From the NCBI GenBank assembly GCA_016212105.1, contig JACRHJ010000013.1:46782-110781 (forward strand): 64,000 nucleotides of DNA. The letters are read 5' to 3'. The position numbers were made by a program, and so were the translations under genes. Below are positions 1 to 7,731 of this stretch, piece by piece. The notes under the pieces are model-generated. The model was not told where the DNA came from. It made no database searches and was given only the letters and a program-made list of their open reading frames with translations. Positions within the stretch are counted from its first letter, which is position 1; each line of letters begins with the position of its first letter. The DNA is from Nitrospirota bacterium. Its GTDB lineage: Bacteria > Nitrospirota > JACRHJ01.

Positions 1-1099
1 GTATCGCTATTGCCGCGAGTATGCCGAGGATGGCGATACCCGTCACGGCGGCGGCTATCCAGACCACGACGCCGCTCGTCCCGCCTGCCGCGCGCAACCG
101 CTCCTTGAACATCGCCTGGTTCAGCACGCCGCCCGTCTCCAGCCTGCACTCGTCCCTGACGTCGTCCGCCTTCTTGGTCAGGTGCTTCCAGTACAGGTAA
201 TTACCGAGGATGCCGCGCCCTATCATCCAGAATATGCCGAAGAAACCCAGGAATATGTCGAGCACCGCCCAGAGGTACATCTTCCTGTATATGAACCACC
301 AGAACCCGAACAGGAAGCAGGGCCAGTGCCACGTCGTCGCGTACCCGTCGTGCTCGTCGAACTTGTCGAACTTCGCGCCGTACTTTCCGAAGTTCTCGCC
401 CACAAGCAGGGCAAGCTCCTCATCCGGAGACATGACGGCCGGCCTCTGCTGCTCCTTCGCGTATCGCTCGTCCCGCGACGCGGACTGGCCGGACGAAGGG
501 CCGGGGCCGCCGGAGGGACGCGGACGGCCGGTATCGGCCATAGTTATGGGGGCGTCCTCGCCTGCCTGCGCAGGGCCGGTCCGCGCCGGGCCGGGCGCAA
601 GGTCGCCGTAGCCGGACGACAGGCCGGGCGGTACCGGGCTCGGCGCGTCGCCGTAACCCGCGCCTAAGCCCGGGCCGGATTCCGGCGGGGGAGGCGGCGG
701 GGCAGCAGGCTCGTCGTGGCGGGTAAGGCCGGGCAGGTCGCCGTATCCCGCGGACGGCTCCTCCGCGTCCAGAGGCGGGTTCGAGGAGACCAGGCCCCCC
801 GCGGCCTCGAGTATCTCCTTCGTCCTTAAAGCCTTCTCCCTCGTGAACTTCCTGCCGAGCGTGAGCGGCAGCTTCTTCAGGTAGCCCATCGCCGTCTCGA
901 CGTCCTTCTTCGCTAGTTCGGCGAGCTTCGCCGCGACCTCCTCCTCACGGCCGTCCCAGACCGTCTGGAGGACGAGCGTATACTCGGCCGGGGCGCCAGG
1001 CCCGGAGGCCGGCGCTTCCTGAACCACTGCCTTTACACCGCAAGCGGGACAAAAGACGGCGCCGTCCGGAACCCCGGCCCCGCAGGATTTACAGTTCAA
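1..1099 (-). CDS. Partial (C-terminus beyond window edge) zinc-ribbon protein: N-terminal CxxC-x15-CxxC ribbon, a ribosomal L7/L12 C-terminal-domain-like segment, a Pro/Gly-rich linker and a DUF2628-like double-TM membrane domain
   Basis: Minus-strand frame open from a TTG at 1099-1097 to the window edge. TTG is preceded by AGGGGG SD (1104-1109 on the revcomp) and a TAA stop. N-terminus reads CKSCGAGVPDGAVFCPACG; then ...AAKLAELAKKDVETAMGYLKKLPLTLGRKFTREKALRTKEILEAAGG (L7/L12 CTD-like); C-terminus has W/F/Y-rich TM segments (WHWPCFLFGFWWFIYRKMYLWAVLDIFLGFFGIFWMIGRG). GC3 is high. It is missing from the ORF track because it is incomplete. Confidence 0.55.
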   Translation of the reverse strand, partial: MNCKSCGAGVPDGAVFCPACGVKAVVQEAPASGPGAPAEYTLVLQTVWDGREEEVAAKLAELAKKDVETAMGYLKKLPLTLGRKFTREKALRTKEILEAAGGLVSSNPPLDAEEPSAGYGDLPGLTRHDEPAAPPPPPPESGPGLGAGYGDAPSPVPPGLSSGYGDLAPGPARTGPAQAGEDAPITMADTGRPRPSGGPGPSSGQSASRDERYAKEQQRPAVMSPDEELALLVGENFGKYGAKFDKFDEHDGYATTWHWPCFLFGFWWFIYRKMYLWAVLDIFLGFFGIFWMIGRGILGNYLYWKHLTKKADDVRDECRLETGGVLNQAMFKERLRAAGGTSGVVVWIAAAVTGIAILGILAAIAI

Positions 1100-1225
1100 T
1101 TATGCCCCCTGTTTTATAGATATGTGACGTGCGGCAGAGACTTGTAGCGCGGTAAGGCAAACTCCTCCATCAATTTTACACAGCCTCATGAGAATGTCAA
1201 CGCAATTCATGCCCCCGCATCTCCC

Positions 1226-1254
1226 TTGACATCCGGACGGCGGAGGCGGATAAT
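1226..1254 (+). promoter_or_regulatory. Sigma70-like promoter upstream of hflX (TTGACA-17nt-GATAAT)
   Basis: cccTTGACAtccggacggcggaggcgGATAATact: a consensus -35 with a 17-nt spacer and a 5/6 match at -10. Confidence 0.45.
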
Positions 1255-1316
1255 ACTACTAAGGTCAAATTCGGGAAAACACCTCGCCTTTTTGCAAAAA
1301 GGCGACCAAAAAACTT

Positions 1317-3002
1317 TTGAGAGTTAACAGCTACTGCCATCAGGAGGCCCTTATCACCACAGTACACGGAAACACAACCGGGCTGAAGGCCGGGGAGATA
1401 AAGAAGCTCGAAAACATTTACCGCCGCAAGGTGCCTGCGCACGAGTTCGTCACCGCCGAACTGGGCCGGTACATGACGCTCATATCGCGCGACATCGGCC
1501 GACAGGTCGCGGTCCTGATAGACAGGGGCGGCGGGATACCGTTCGTCATCGTAGGCGACAAGCAGGAGATAACCATACCGGACCTCGCGGACTACTCGCT
1601 CGGGCCGAAGAAGCTCCGGGGCCTGCGCCTCGTCCACACCCACCTGCGCGAGGAGCCGCTGACCAACGACGACCTGACCGACCTCGCGCTGCTGCGGCTC
1701 GACGCTATGTGCGCGCTCGGCGTACAGCCGGACGGCTTCCCTGGCCGCGTGTACGTCGCGCACCTCCTCCCGCCCAACCCGGAGGAGAAGACCTGGGCGC
1801 TCATCCCGCCGTTCCCGTTCCACCAGTTGGACATTGACCCGGTAAGCTTCACGGAGGCGCTCGAAGACGAGATGCTCCGCGTGCAGGCCGAGTCCTTCGA
1901 CGTAAAGGACACGAGAGAGAAGGCGATACTCATATCCGTCATGCCCAAGAGAAACAAAGCCGTCCTGGCCGAGCAGAAGGAGGCGATGGAGGAGCTGGTC
2001 GAACTCGCACGCTCCGCCGACGTCCTCGTCCTCGAGACCGTCCTCCAGAGGCCGGACAAGCTCTCACCCAAATACCTGATGGGTTCCGGCCGCCTCAAGG
2101 ACGTCATCATCACCGCGCTCCAGAAGGGCGCGACGATGCTGATATTCGACCAGGAGCTTACCCCTTCCCAGATAAACAACATAACCGAGATGACCGAGAT
2201 GAAGGTCATAGACCGCTCTCAGTTGATACTCGACATATTCTCCCGGCGCGCGCACTCCAAAGACGGCAAGGTGCAGGTCGAGCTTGCCCAGCTCAAGTAC
2301 ATGCTGCCGAGGCTTATGGGCAAGGGCACCGCGATGTCGCGCCTGATGGGCGGCATCGGCGGCCGCGGCCCCGGCGAGACCAAGCTCGAGTCCGACAGGA
2401 GGCGCGTGCGCGACAGGATTTCCCAGTTGGAACGCGCGCTCGGCGCGCTCTCCGCCGCCCGCAAGCAGAGGAAGACCCGCCGCGCCGACGCGGGCCTCCC
2501 GATTGTCTCGATAGTCGGGTACACCAACGCGGGCAAGTCCACGCTCCTGAACAAGCTGACCCAGAGCGACACCATCGTCGAGGACAAGCTGTTCGCAACG
2601 CTCGACACCGCGTCCCGGCGGCTTCGCTTCCCGCGCGACCACGACGTGATAATCACGGACACCGTCGGGTTCATACGCGACCTGCCCGCGCCGCTGTTCG
2701 CCGCGTTCCACGCGACCCTTGAGGAGCTTGCCGACGCGGACCTCCTGATGCACGTCGTGGACATATCCAGCCCGCGGTTCGAGGAGCAGATGGCCTCTGT
2801 CGAGAGCATCCTCCAGCAGTTGGGCCTCGACGACAAGGAGCGGATAATAGTGTTCAACAAGGCCGACCTTGTCGACCCGGACATAGCCTTCTCGATAGCG
2901 CGCCGTTACGAGGGCATCGCGCTGTCCGCGCTCGACAGGAAGACCTTCCCGCCGCTGATGCAGGAGCTTGAGGAGAGGCTGTGGGAGCGGGAGGAGGATT
3001 AG
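1317..3002 (+). CDS. hflX: GTPase HflX (long form with ~190-aa N-terminal extension); start codon uncertain
   Basis: HflX N-domain (ILDIFSRRAHSKDGKVQVELAQLKY, GPGETKLE). G1 motif VGYTNAGKSTLLN. Hallmark DTVGFIRDLP. Longest ORF starts at TTG 1317 with no SD; an AGGAGG at 1342-1347 is not followed by a canonical start codon, so the true start is unclear. Confidence 0.9.
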   Translation: MRVNSYCHQEALITTVHGNTTGLKAGEIKKLENIYRRKVPAHEFVTAELGRYMTLISRDIGRQVAVLIDRGGGIPFVIVGDKQEITIPDLADYSLGPKKLRGLRLVHTHLREEPLTNDDLTDLALLRLDAMCALGVQPDGFPGRVYVAHLLPPNPEEKTWALIPPFPFHQLDIDPVSFTEALEDEMLRVQAESFDVKDTREKAILISVMPKRNKAVLAEQKEAMEELVELARSADVLVLETVLQRPDKLSPKYLMGSGRLKDVIITALQKGATMLIFDQELTPSQINNITEMTEMKVIDRSQLILDIFSRRAHSKDGKVQVELAQLKYMLPRLMGKGTAMSRLMGGIGGRGPGETKLESDRRRVRDRISQLERALGALSAARKQRKTRRADAGLPIVSIVGYTNAGKSTLLNKLTQSDTIVEDKLFATLDTASRRLRFPRDHDVIITDTVGFIRDLPAPLFAAFHATLEELADADLLMHVVDISSPRFEEQMASVESILQQLGLDDKERIIVFNKADLVDPDIAFSIARRYEGIALSALDRKTFPPLMQELEERLWEREED

Positions 3003-3041
3003 ACCGGGTAGGCTTCATTGATATTTCGGGGGTAGACACAA

Positions 3042-3830
3042 ATGCAAAATCGTTACGTCGGGGACATCGGAGATTTCGGTAAGTTCGGACTACTGAAGAC
3101 ATTGTGCCAGCCAGATGAGGAAGGCAACCAGCTTTCCCTTGGGGTAGTTTGGTATCTTGTTCCTGATGAGAACCACAACAACGACGGCAAGCATGTAGCA
3201 TATCTTGAGCCCAGCATAGGCAATATTGCCAATTTCAGAGAATGCGACCCGGTTCTTTATGATGCTATATCAAATATTGTCCGCAATGGTGAACGAACCA
3301 TCACCAGCATACGTCAGCGAAACCTTTTGCCGCGTGGGACTGCTTTTTATGAGGCGGCTTTGACTTTTAACGATATCCCAAATATAGGCTCATCTGCGCG
3401 CAAAACGAGGATTGCCTATCGTCAGGAATGGTTAAGCGGAGCGCTGGAGACTACAAAATCGTGCAATGTTGTTTTTGCAGACCCTGATAACGGTCTTGAA
3501 GTAGGCATTGAGCGTCATCAAGCGAAAGGCCCTAAATACGTCTATTTTGATGAACTATCGCCTTTTATAAAGAGAGGCCAGAGCTTAATTGTTTATCATC
3601 ATCTGTGTAGAGATGGGGACGCCCGCACACAAATTAAACGCAGGCTTGACCAGCTTAGAGGTATGGCTGCCGACACCGAAGGTATTGCCGCTCTGCAATT
3701 TCGTAGAGGAACCGCGAGAGCGTATTTTATCATACCCGCTATAGAGCACAAAACAACACTTTCAAATAATATCCAGGAATTTGTGAGCGGCAATTGGGGG
3801 CGGCATTTTGTACTGCATGAGTCACTCTAA
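3042..3830 (+). CDS. Hypothetical protein of a low-GC island (262 aa); N-terminal YVGDIGDFGKFGLL glycine-rich motif, VVFADPDNGLE and LIVYHH motifs; no family recognised
   Basis: ATG at 3042 preceded by GGGGGTAG. Local GC ~45% versus ~65% in flanking genes. The frame is clean, and 16 nt separate it from the next gene (co-oriented, operon-like). Confidence 0.6.
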   Translation: MQNRYVGDIGDFGKFGLLKTLCQPDEEGNQLSLGVVWYLVPDENHNNDGKHVAYLEPSIGNIANFRECDPVLYDAISNIVRNGERTITSIRQRNLLPRGTAFYEAALTFNDIPNIGSSARKTRIAYRQEWLSGALETTKSCNVVFADPDNGLEVGIERHQAKGPKYVYFDELSPFIKRGQSLIVYHHLCRDGDARTQIKRRLDQLRGMAADTEGIAALQFRRGTARAYFIIPAIEHKTTLSNNIQEFVSGNWGRHFVLHESL

Positions 3831-3845
3831 TACAGGAGAAAAAGT

Positions 3846-4307
3846 ATGAGCCAAGAGACGGAACCCATATGCAATAGGTGGCAGGAGAAGGTGCTCGATA
3901 AGTTTAATGAAGCAATCGAAGACGCAAAGAGAATTATCACAGACAAGAAGAAGATTTCAGCGTTGCTTGACAAGGCACATGAAATGCTTGACGCCCTCAA
4001 GAGAGTAGCCTCGCCAAAATATAAACAGGCATTGGACGAAGTTCAAACGCTGATGAGGTTAATCCGCACATGGGTTTCAGGTGAATACACCAATGTGCCC
4101 GTGTGGACGATAATAATGGCGGTTGCCGCAATTCTCTACTTGGTGAATCCTTTTGACATAATACCAGATACCATCCCCGTCGTTGGACTTCTGGATGATG
4201 CGTTTGTAATTCGTATGGTTTGCATCGCTATAATGGCCGATTTGGATGCGTTCAGGAAGTGGGAGAATTCCAGAGGCAGCGGTGTAGTAGAACCGCAAAC
4301 AGCGTAG
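3846..4307 (+). CDS. DUF1232 (YkvA-like) small membrane protein
   Basis: Signature NPFDIIPDTIPVVGLLDDAFVIRMVCIAIM, typical of PF06803. N-terminal amphipathic helix region; low GC like its upstream partner. Confidence 0.7.
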   Translation: MSQETEPICNRWQEKVLDKFNEAIEDAKRIITDKKKISALLDKAHEMLDALKRVASPKYKQALDEVQTLMRLIRTWVSGEYTNVPVWTIIMAVAAILYLVNPFDIIPDTIPVVGLLDDAFVIRMVCIAIMADLDAFRKWENSRGSGVVEPQTA

Positions 4308-4336
4308 ACAAAGAACGGCATAAACTTATCATCGAA

Positions 4337-4370
4337 GAAGCCCGCGACGTGTGTCGCGGGCTTCTTCGTT
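4337..4370. terminator. Perfect 14-bp-stem hairpin between convergent genes (island operon vs guaA); likely bidirectional terminator
   Basis: gaagaagcccgcgac-gtgtg-tcgcgggcttcttc. On the minus strand it is followed by gatgataagtttatg. Confidence 0.55.
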
Positions 4371-4386
4371 ACATGCAAGCAAAAAC

Positions 4387-5955
4387 CTACTCCCACTCAA
4401 TAGTAGACGGCGGCTTCGACGAAATATCGTAGCACACCCGGTTCACGCCCTTTATCTCGTTTATTATCCGGTTCGATATCACGCCAAGCAGGTCGTACGG
4501 CAGACGCACCCAGTCGGCGGTCATCCCGTCCTTGGAGTTCACGGCACGCAGCGCGACGACGTTCTCGTATGTCCGCTCGTCGCCCATGACGCCGACGGTA
4601 CGAATGGGCAGCAGCACCGCGAACGACTGCCATATCTCCCTGTACAGACCCGCCTTCTTTATCTCCTCCAGGACGACCGCGTCCGCCTCGCGCAGTATGC
4701 GAAGACGCTCCGCGTTTACCTCGCCGAGTATGCGTATGGCAAGCCCCGGGCCGGGGAACGGCTGACGCCAGATTATCTCGTCCGGCATCCCGAGCTCCTT
4801 GCCAAGCTCCCTGACCTCGTCCTTGAACAGCTCGCGGAGCGGCTCGACAAGCTTCAGCTTCATCTTCTCCGGCAAGCCCCCGACGTTGTGGTGGGACTTT
4901 ATGATGGCAGACGGGCCTTTGAGCGACACGCTCTCGATTACGTCCGGGTAGAGCGTACCCTGCGCGAGGAACTCCGCCCCTTCGACCTTCGCAGCCTCGG
5001 CCTCGAACACCTCTATGAACGTCGTGCCGATAATCTTGCGCTTCTTCTCCGGGTCTTCCACTCCCGCCAGCCTGGACAGGAACGTCTCGGAGGAGTCCAC
5101 GTACTTGAGGTTCAGGCCCATCTGCGCGTAGGTCTCCGGCACCCGCTCCGCCTCGCCCTTCCTCAGCACGCCGTTGTTTACGAATATGCAGGAGAGCTGG
5201 TCGCCGATGGCCCTGTGCACGATGACCGCCGCGACCGAGGAGTCCACGCCTCCGGACAGCGCACATATCACCTTCCGGTCGCCGACCTGCTCTCGTATGA
5301 TGCCGACCGCGTAGTCTATGAAGCTGCCCATGTCCCAGGTCGGTTCGCAGCCGCAGATGCCGAACAGGAAGTTCTTGAGTATCTGGAAGCCCTGCGGCGT
5401 GTGTACGACCTCCGGGTGGAACTGCACGCCGTAGAAACGGCGCGCCTTATCCGCCATCGCCGCGGTCGGGGAGTTGTCCGTGTGCGCGACCGGCCCGAAG
5501 CCCTCCGGCATCCGCTCAATCCTGTCGCCGTGCGACATCCAGACCACTGTGCTGCTCGCGGACTCGCCCTCGCCTATGCCGCCGATCGCCTTGAGGAGGT
5601 CCGACTCGTCGTCGATAAGAAGCTCCGCCCGGCCGTACTCGCGCTTGGCCGCCTTGGCGACCTCCCCGCCAAGCAGGTGGGTCATGAGCTGCATCCCGTA
5701 GCATATGCCGAGCACCGGGACTCCGAGGTCCAGGTGCTCCTTCGAGATGAGCGGCGCGCCGTCGTCGTAGACGCTTGACGGGCCGCCGGAGAGTATCAGG
5801 CCTTTGGGGTTGAACGCACGCACCTTCTCGATACCCGCGTTGTACGGCATTATCTCGCAGTAGACCTTCGCCTCCCTGACCCTGCGCGCGATGAGCTGGG
5901 TGTACTGTGAACCGAAGTCGAGTACGAGTACCCTTTGCTGGTGTATGTCTGACAA
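4387..5955 (-). CDS. guaA: GMP synthase (glutamine-hydrolysing)
   Basis: [28 protein letters not shown]..., GATase and ATP-PPase (SGGVDSS) motifs, C-terminus ...[11 protein letters not shown] start at 5955 with GGAGG 8 nt upstream. Confidence 0.95.
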   Translation of the reverse strand: MSDIHQQRVLVLDFGSQYTQLIARRVREAKVYCEIMPYNAGIEKVRAFNPKGLILSGGPSSVYDDGAPLISKEHLDLGVPVLGICYGMQLMTHLLGGEVAKAAKREYGRAELLIDDESDLLKAIGGIGEGESASSTVVWMSHGDRIERMPEGFGPVAHTDNSPTAAMADKARRFYGVQFHPEVVHTPQGFQILKNFLFGICGCEPTWDMGSFIDYAVGIIREQVGDRKVICALSGGVDSSVAAVIVHRAIGDQLSCIFVNNGVLRKGEAERVPETYAQMGLNLKYVDSSETFLSRLAGVEDPEKKRKIIGTTFIEVFEAEAAKVEGAEFLAQGTLYPDVIESVSLKGPSAIIKSHHNVGGLPEKMKLKLVEPLRELFKDEVRELGKELGMPDEIIWRQPFPGPGLAIRILGEVNAERLRILREADAVVLEEIKKAGLYREIWQSFAVLLPIRTVGVMGDERTYENVVALRAVNSKDGMTADWVRLPYDLLGVISNRIINEIKGVNRVCYDISSKPPSTIEWE

Positions 5956-5959
5956 GACG

Positions 5960-6277
5960 TTGACCTCCGGTAATTAATTGTGCGGGCGCGGTTTTTCGCG
6001 CCCTTCCAAACTGTAGGGGCCGACCGTCGTGTCGGCCCTTGCGGTTGTTATTATGTAGGGGCGGGCCTCCGTGCCCGCCCTTGCGGTTTATTTGTTCGTC
6101 ATTCCCGCGAAGGCGGGAATCCAGGAAGTTGTAGGGCGCGACGCCCCCGGCGCGCCGGAATAAGGTGCGGGCGCGGAATCCGCGCCCCTACAATATTCAT
6201 ATACAGGCAGATTCTTCGCTTCGCTCAGAATGACACCAAAGAGGGCGGGCACGGGGACCCGCCCCTACATAAAATCC
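5960..6277. repeat. Intergenic mosaic of short hairpin repeat modules (families F, C, D, A, E, F, J, D)
   Basis: tgtaggggccgaccgtcgtgtcggccc; tgtaggggcgggcctccgtgcccgccc; gtcattcccgcgaaggcgggaatcc; tgtagggcgcgacgcccccggcgcgcc; ttcgcttcgctcagaatgacacc; gggcgggcacggggacccgcccctacataaaa. All recur elsewhere in the window. Confidence 0.85.
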
Positions 6278-6361
6278 AAATCCCCCTCATTCCCCCTTTT
6301 TCAAAGGGGGAGGTCAGGTCTTGTCCCCACTTTGTAAAAGGGGGGACTACAGGGGGGATTT
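6278..6361. repeat. 84-bp TIR-bounded hairpin element (copy 1), MITE-like; direct repeat of 6954..7038
   Basis: aaatccccctcattccccctttttcaaagggggaggtcaggtcttgtccccactttgtaaaaggggggactacaggggggattt. Terminal inverted repeats AAATCCCCC/GGGGGGATTT and an internal hairpin ccccctttttcaaaggggg. Confidence 0.75.
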
Positions 6362-6368
6362 GCCTTCC

Positions 6369-6854
6369 TCACTCGTCCTTCAGCTTGAAGTCCGTCCCGC
6401 CCTGGTCGTCGCCGGCGCGCGCCTCCCATACAAGCTCCAGCATGCTGCCGGGGTGGTATATCTCAAGCACCTTCTTCGAATGCCCTCCGGCGGGAAGCGT
6501 GAAGACCCCGACCTTGAAGGACTTCCCGTCCATGCCGATGCTGAACGTGTACTCGTGCCCCGCCGGGAGCCGGACGTGGAACAGGCCGTCGTCCTGGTTT
6601 ATCTCGGCCGTGCGCCTGAAGTCCCCGGCCACGAATAACGCAAGCAGCGGCCCCTTGTGGGGAGTGCCGTACTCGGAGCAGAGCGTCCTGCCGAGCAACT
6701 GGACAGACTCGGCAGTCTCGGCGTCCGTCTTCTCCTCCGTGCACGGGGGCGGGATGTCGTCGATAATGACCGGGCCGGTCGTGGCCGCGTGCGCGGTCAG
6801 CGCGAAGAGCACCAGTGTGGACAGGATTACCAATAGCGCGAACTTGTACATCAT
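6369..6854 (-). CDS. Secreted hypothetical protein (signal peptide MMYKFALLVILSTLVLFALTAHA), flanked by two copies of an 84-bp element
   Basis: Clean 161-aa ORF with host-like GC and an N-terminal signal peptide; no family recognised. Confidence 0.6.
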   Translation of the reverse strand: MMYKFALLVILSTLVLFALTAHAATTGPVIIDDIPPPCTEEKTDAETAESVQLLGRTLCSEYGTPHKGPLLALFVAGDFRRTAEINQDDGLFHVRLPAGHEYTFSIGMDGKSFKVGVFTLPAGGHSKKVLEIYHPGSMLELVWEARAGDDQGGTDFKLKDE

Positions 6855-6953
6855 ACTGCAACTCCATACGTCGAGTCCGTCATTCCCGCTGGTGCGGGAA
6901 TCCAGGAACTTTACTGTTAGCAGTGACCGGTGATGATCATGCCCGGCCTCTTT

Positions 6954-7038
6954 AAATCCCCCTCAATCCCCCTTTTTCAAAGGGGGAGGCTTATGCATTG
7001 TCCCCACTTTGAAAAAGGGGGGACTACAGGGGGGATTT
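6954..7038. repeat. 84-bp TIR-bounded hairpin element (copy 2)
   Basis: aaatccccctcaatccccctttttcaaagggggaggcttatgcattgtccccactttgaaaaaggggggactacaggggggattt. About 85% identical to copy 1, same orientation. Confidence 0.75.
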
Positions 7039-7052
7039 GCTTTTCTCTCCCC

Positions 7053-7475
7053 TCACACCAGCTCCTTGCCCGTCGTCGCCATGCTCAGCTTGCCGTGCAC
7101 GACGCCCTTCGTCCCGATCATCCGGTCGGCAATCCTCTTGACCACCGAGGCCTTGCCGCGCACGACCATCACTTCGAGGCAGTTGTGCTCGTCCAGGTGC
7201 ACGTGCAGGTTAGATATTATCGCGTGGTAGAAGTGGTGCTGGAGGTCGTTCAGGGTGTCCGACAGCTCTCGCGTGTGGTGGTTGTACACGAGCGTGATCG
7301 TACCGACCACCTCCTGGTCCTCCTCCCACTCCCGGCCGACGAGCGCGTCCCGTATCAGGTCGCGTATCGCCTCGGAGCGGTTGGTATAGCCCTTCTCGGC
7401 GGTGAACCCGTCGAACCGGTCCATCAGCTTCTTGTCTATGGAAATCGCAATGCGTGTCAGGTCTTTTCCACCCAA
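7053..7475 (-). CDS. nikR: Nickel-responsive regulator NikR (RHH + ACT-like metal-binding domain)
   Basis: [16 protein letters not shown]...[16 protein letters not shown] (ribbon-helix-helix); C-domain H-rich ([20 protein letters not shown]). TTG start at 7475 with GGAGGG 9 nt upstream. Confidence 0.85.
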   Translation of the reverse strand: MGGKDLTRIAISIDKKLMDRFDGFTAEKGYTNRSEAIRDLIRDALVGREWEEDQEVVGTITLVYNHHTRELSDTLNDLQHHFYHAIISNLHVHLDEHNCLEVMVVRGKASVVKRIADRMIGTKGVVHGKLSMATTGKELV

Positions 7476-7518
7476 GGCCGTCCGCCCTCCGAAACCGGTT
7501 AATTTCAGCTATGCCGTT

Positions 7519-7547
7519 TATTATGTATGCTTAGGATTTCAAGTCAA
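7519..7547 (-). promoter_or_regulatory. Putative sigma70 promoter for nikR (TTGACT-17-ATAATA on minus strand)
   Basis: Minus strand reads cTTGACTtgaaatcctaagcatacATAATAaacgg, upstream of nikR. Confidence 0.35.
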
Positions 7548-7629
7548 GAAAAAAATGCCGGGGCCGCAACCATATTGGCGATGATGCGCATAAAATACAG
7601 CGTTAGTTGAACAATCCGCCAGAATTAAC

Positions 7630-7659
7630 TTGACATTAAAAGTACGGTATTGCTATTCT
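7630..7659 (+). promoter_or_regulatory. Putative sigma70 promoter for the ApbE-like gene (TTGACA-18-TATTCT)
   Basis: aacTTGACAttaaaagtacggtattgcTATTCTatg; divergent from the nikR promoter. Confidence 0.35.
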
Positions 7660-7731
7660 ATGTTATACGTTTTCGAAGTCAAGAACAGGGCCGGATAAAC
7701 TTCCCCCCGCTGTTCAGGGGCAGGACGCGGT

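Noticed and set aside
4351-5778. Long antisense ORFs opposite real genes (e.g. 4351-5778 +, 8916-10505 -, 17414-18613 -, 18673-20157 +, 32536-35430 +, 37866-39236 +, 43980-45749 +, 49522-50817 +)
   Set aside because: Open frames of this kind are expected on the antisense strand at 65% GC. Their translations are Arg/Ala/Gly-rich low-complexity with no motifs, and every case is opposite a gene with clear family signatures.
5980-6933. 317-aa ORF spanning the repeat cluster and the secreted-protein gene
   Set aside because: It runs through palindromic repeat modules and antisense to the signal-peptide gene, with no coding periodicity.
7476-7731. Checked the nikR/ApbE-like divergent region for a canonical NikR operator (GTATGA-N16-TCATAC)
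   Set aside because: Only weak partial palindromes (gtatgc...gcgcat) were found, so no operator could be supported.
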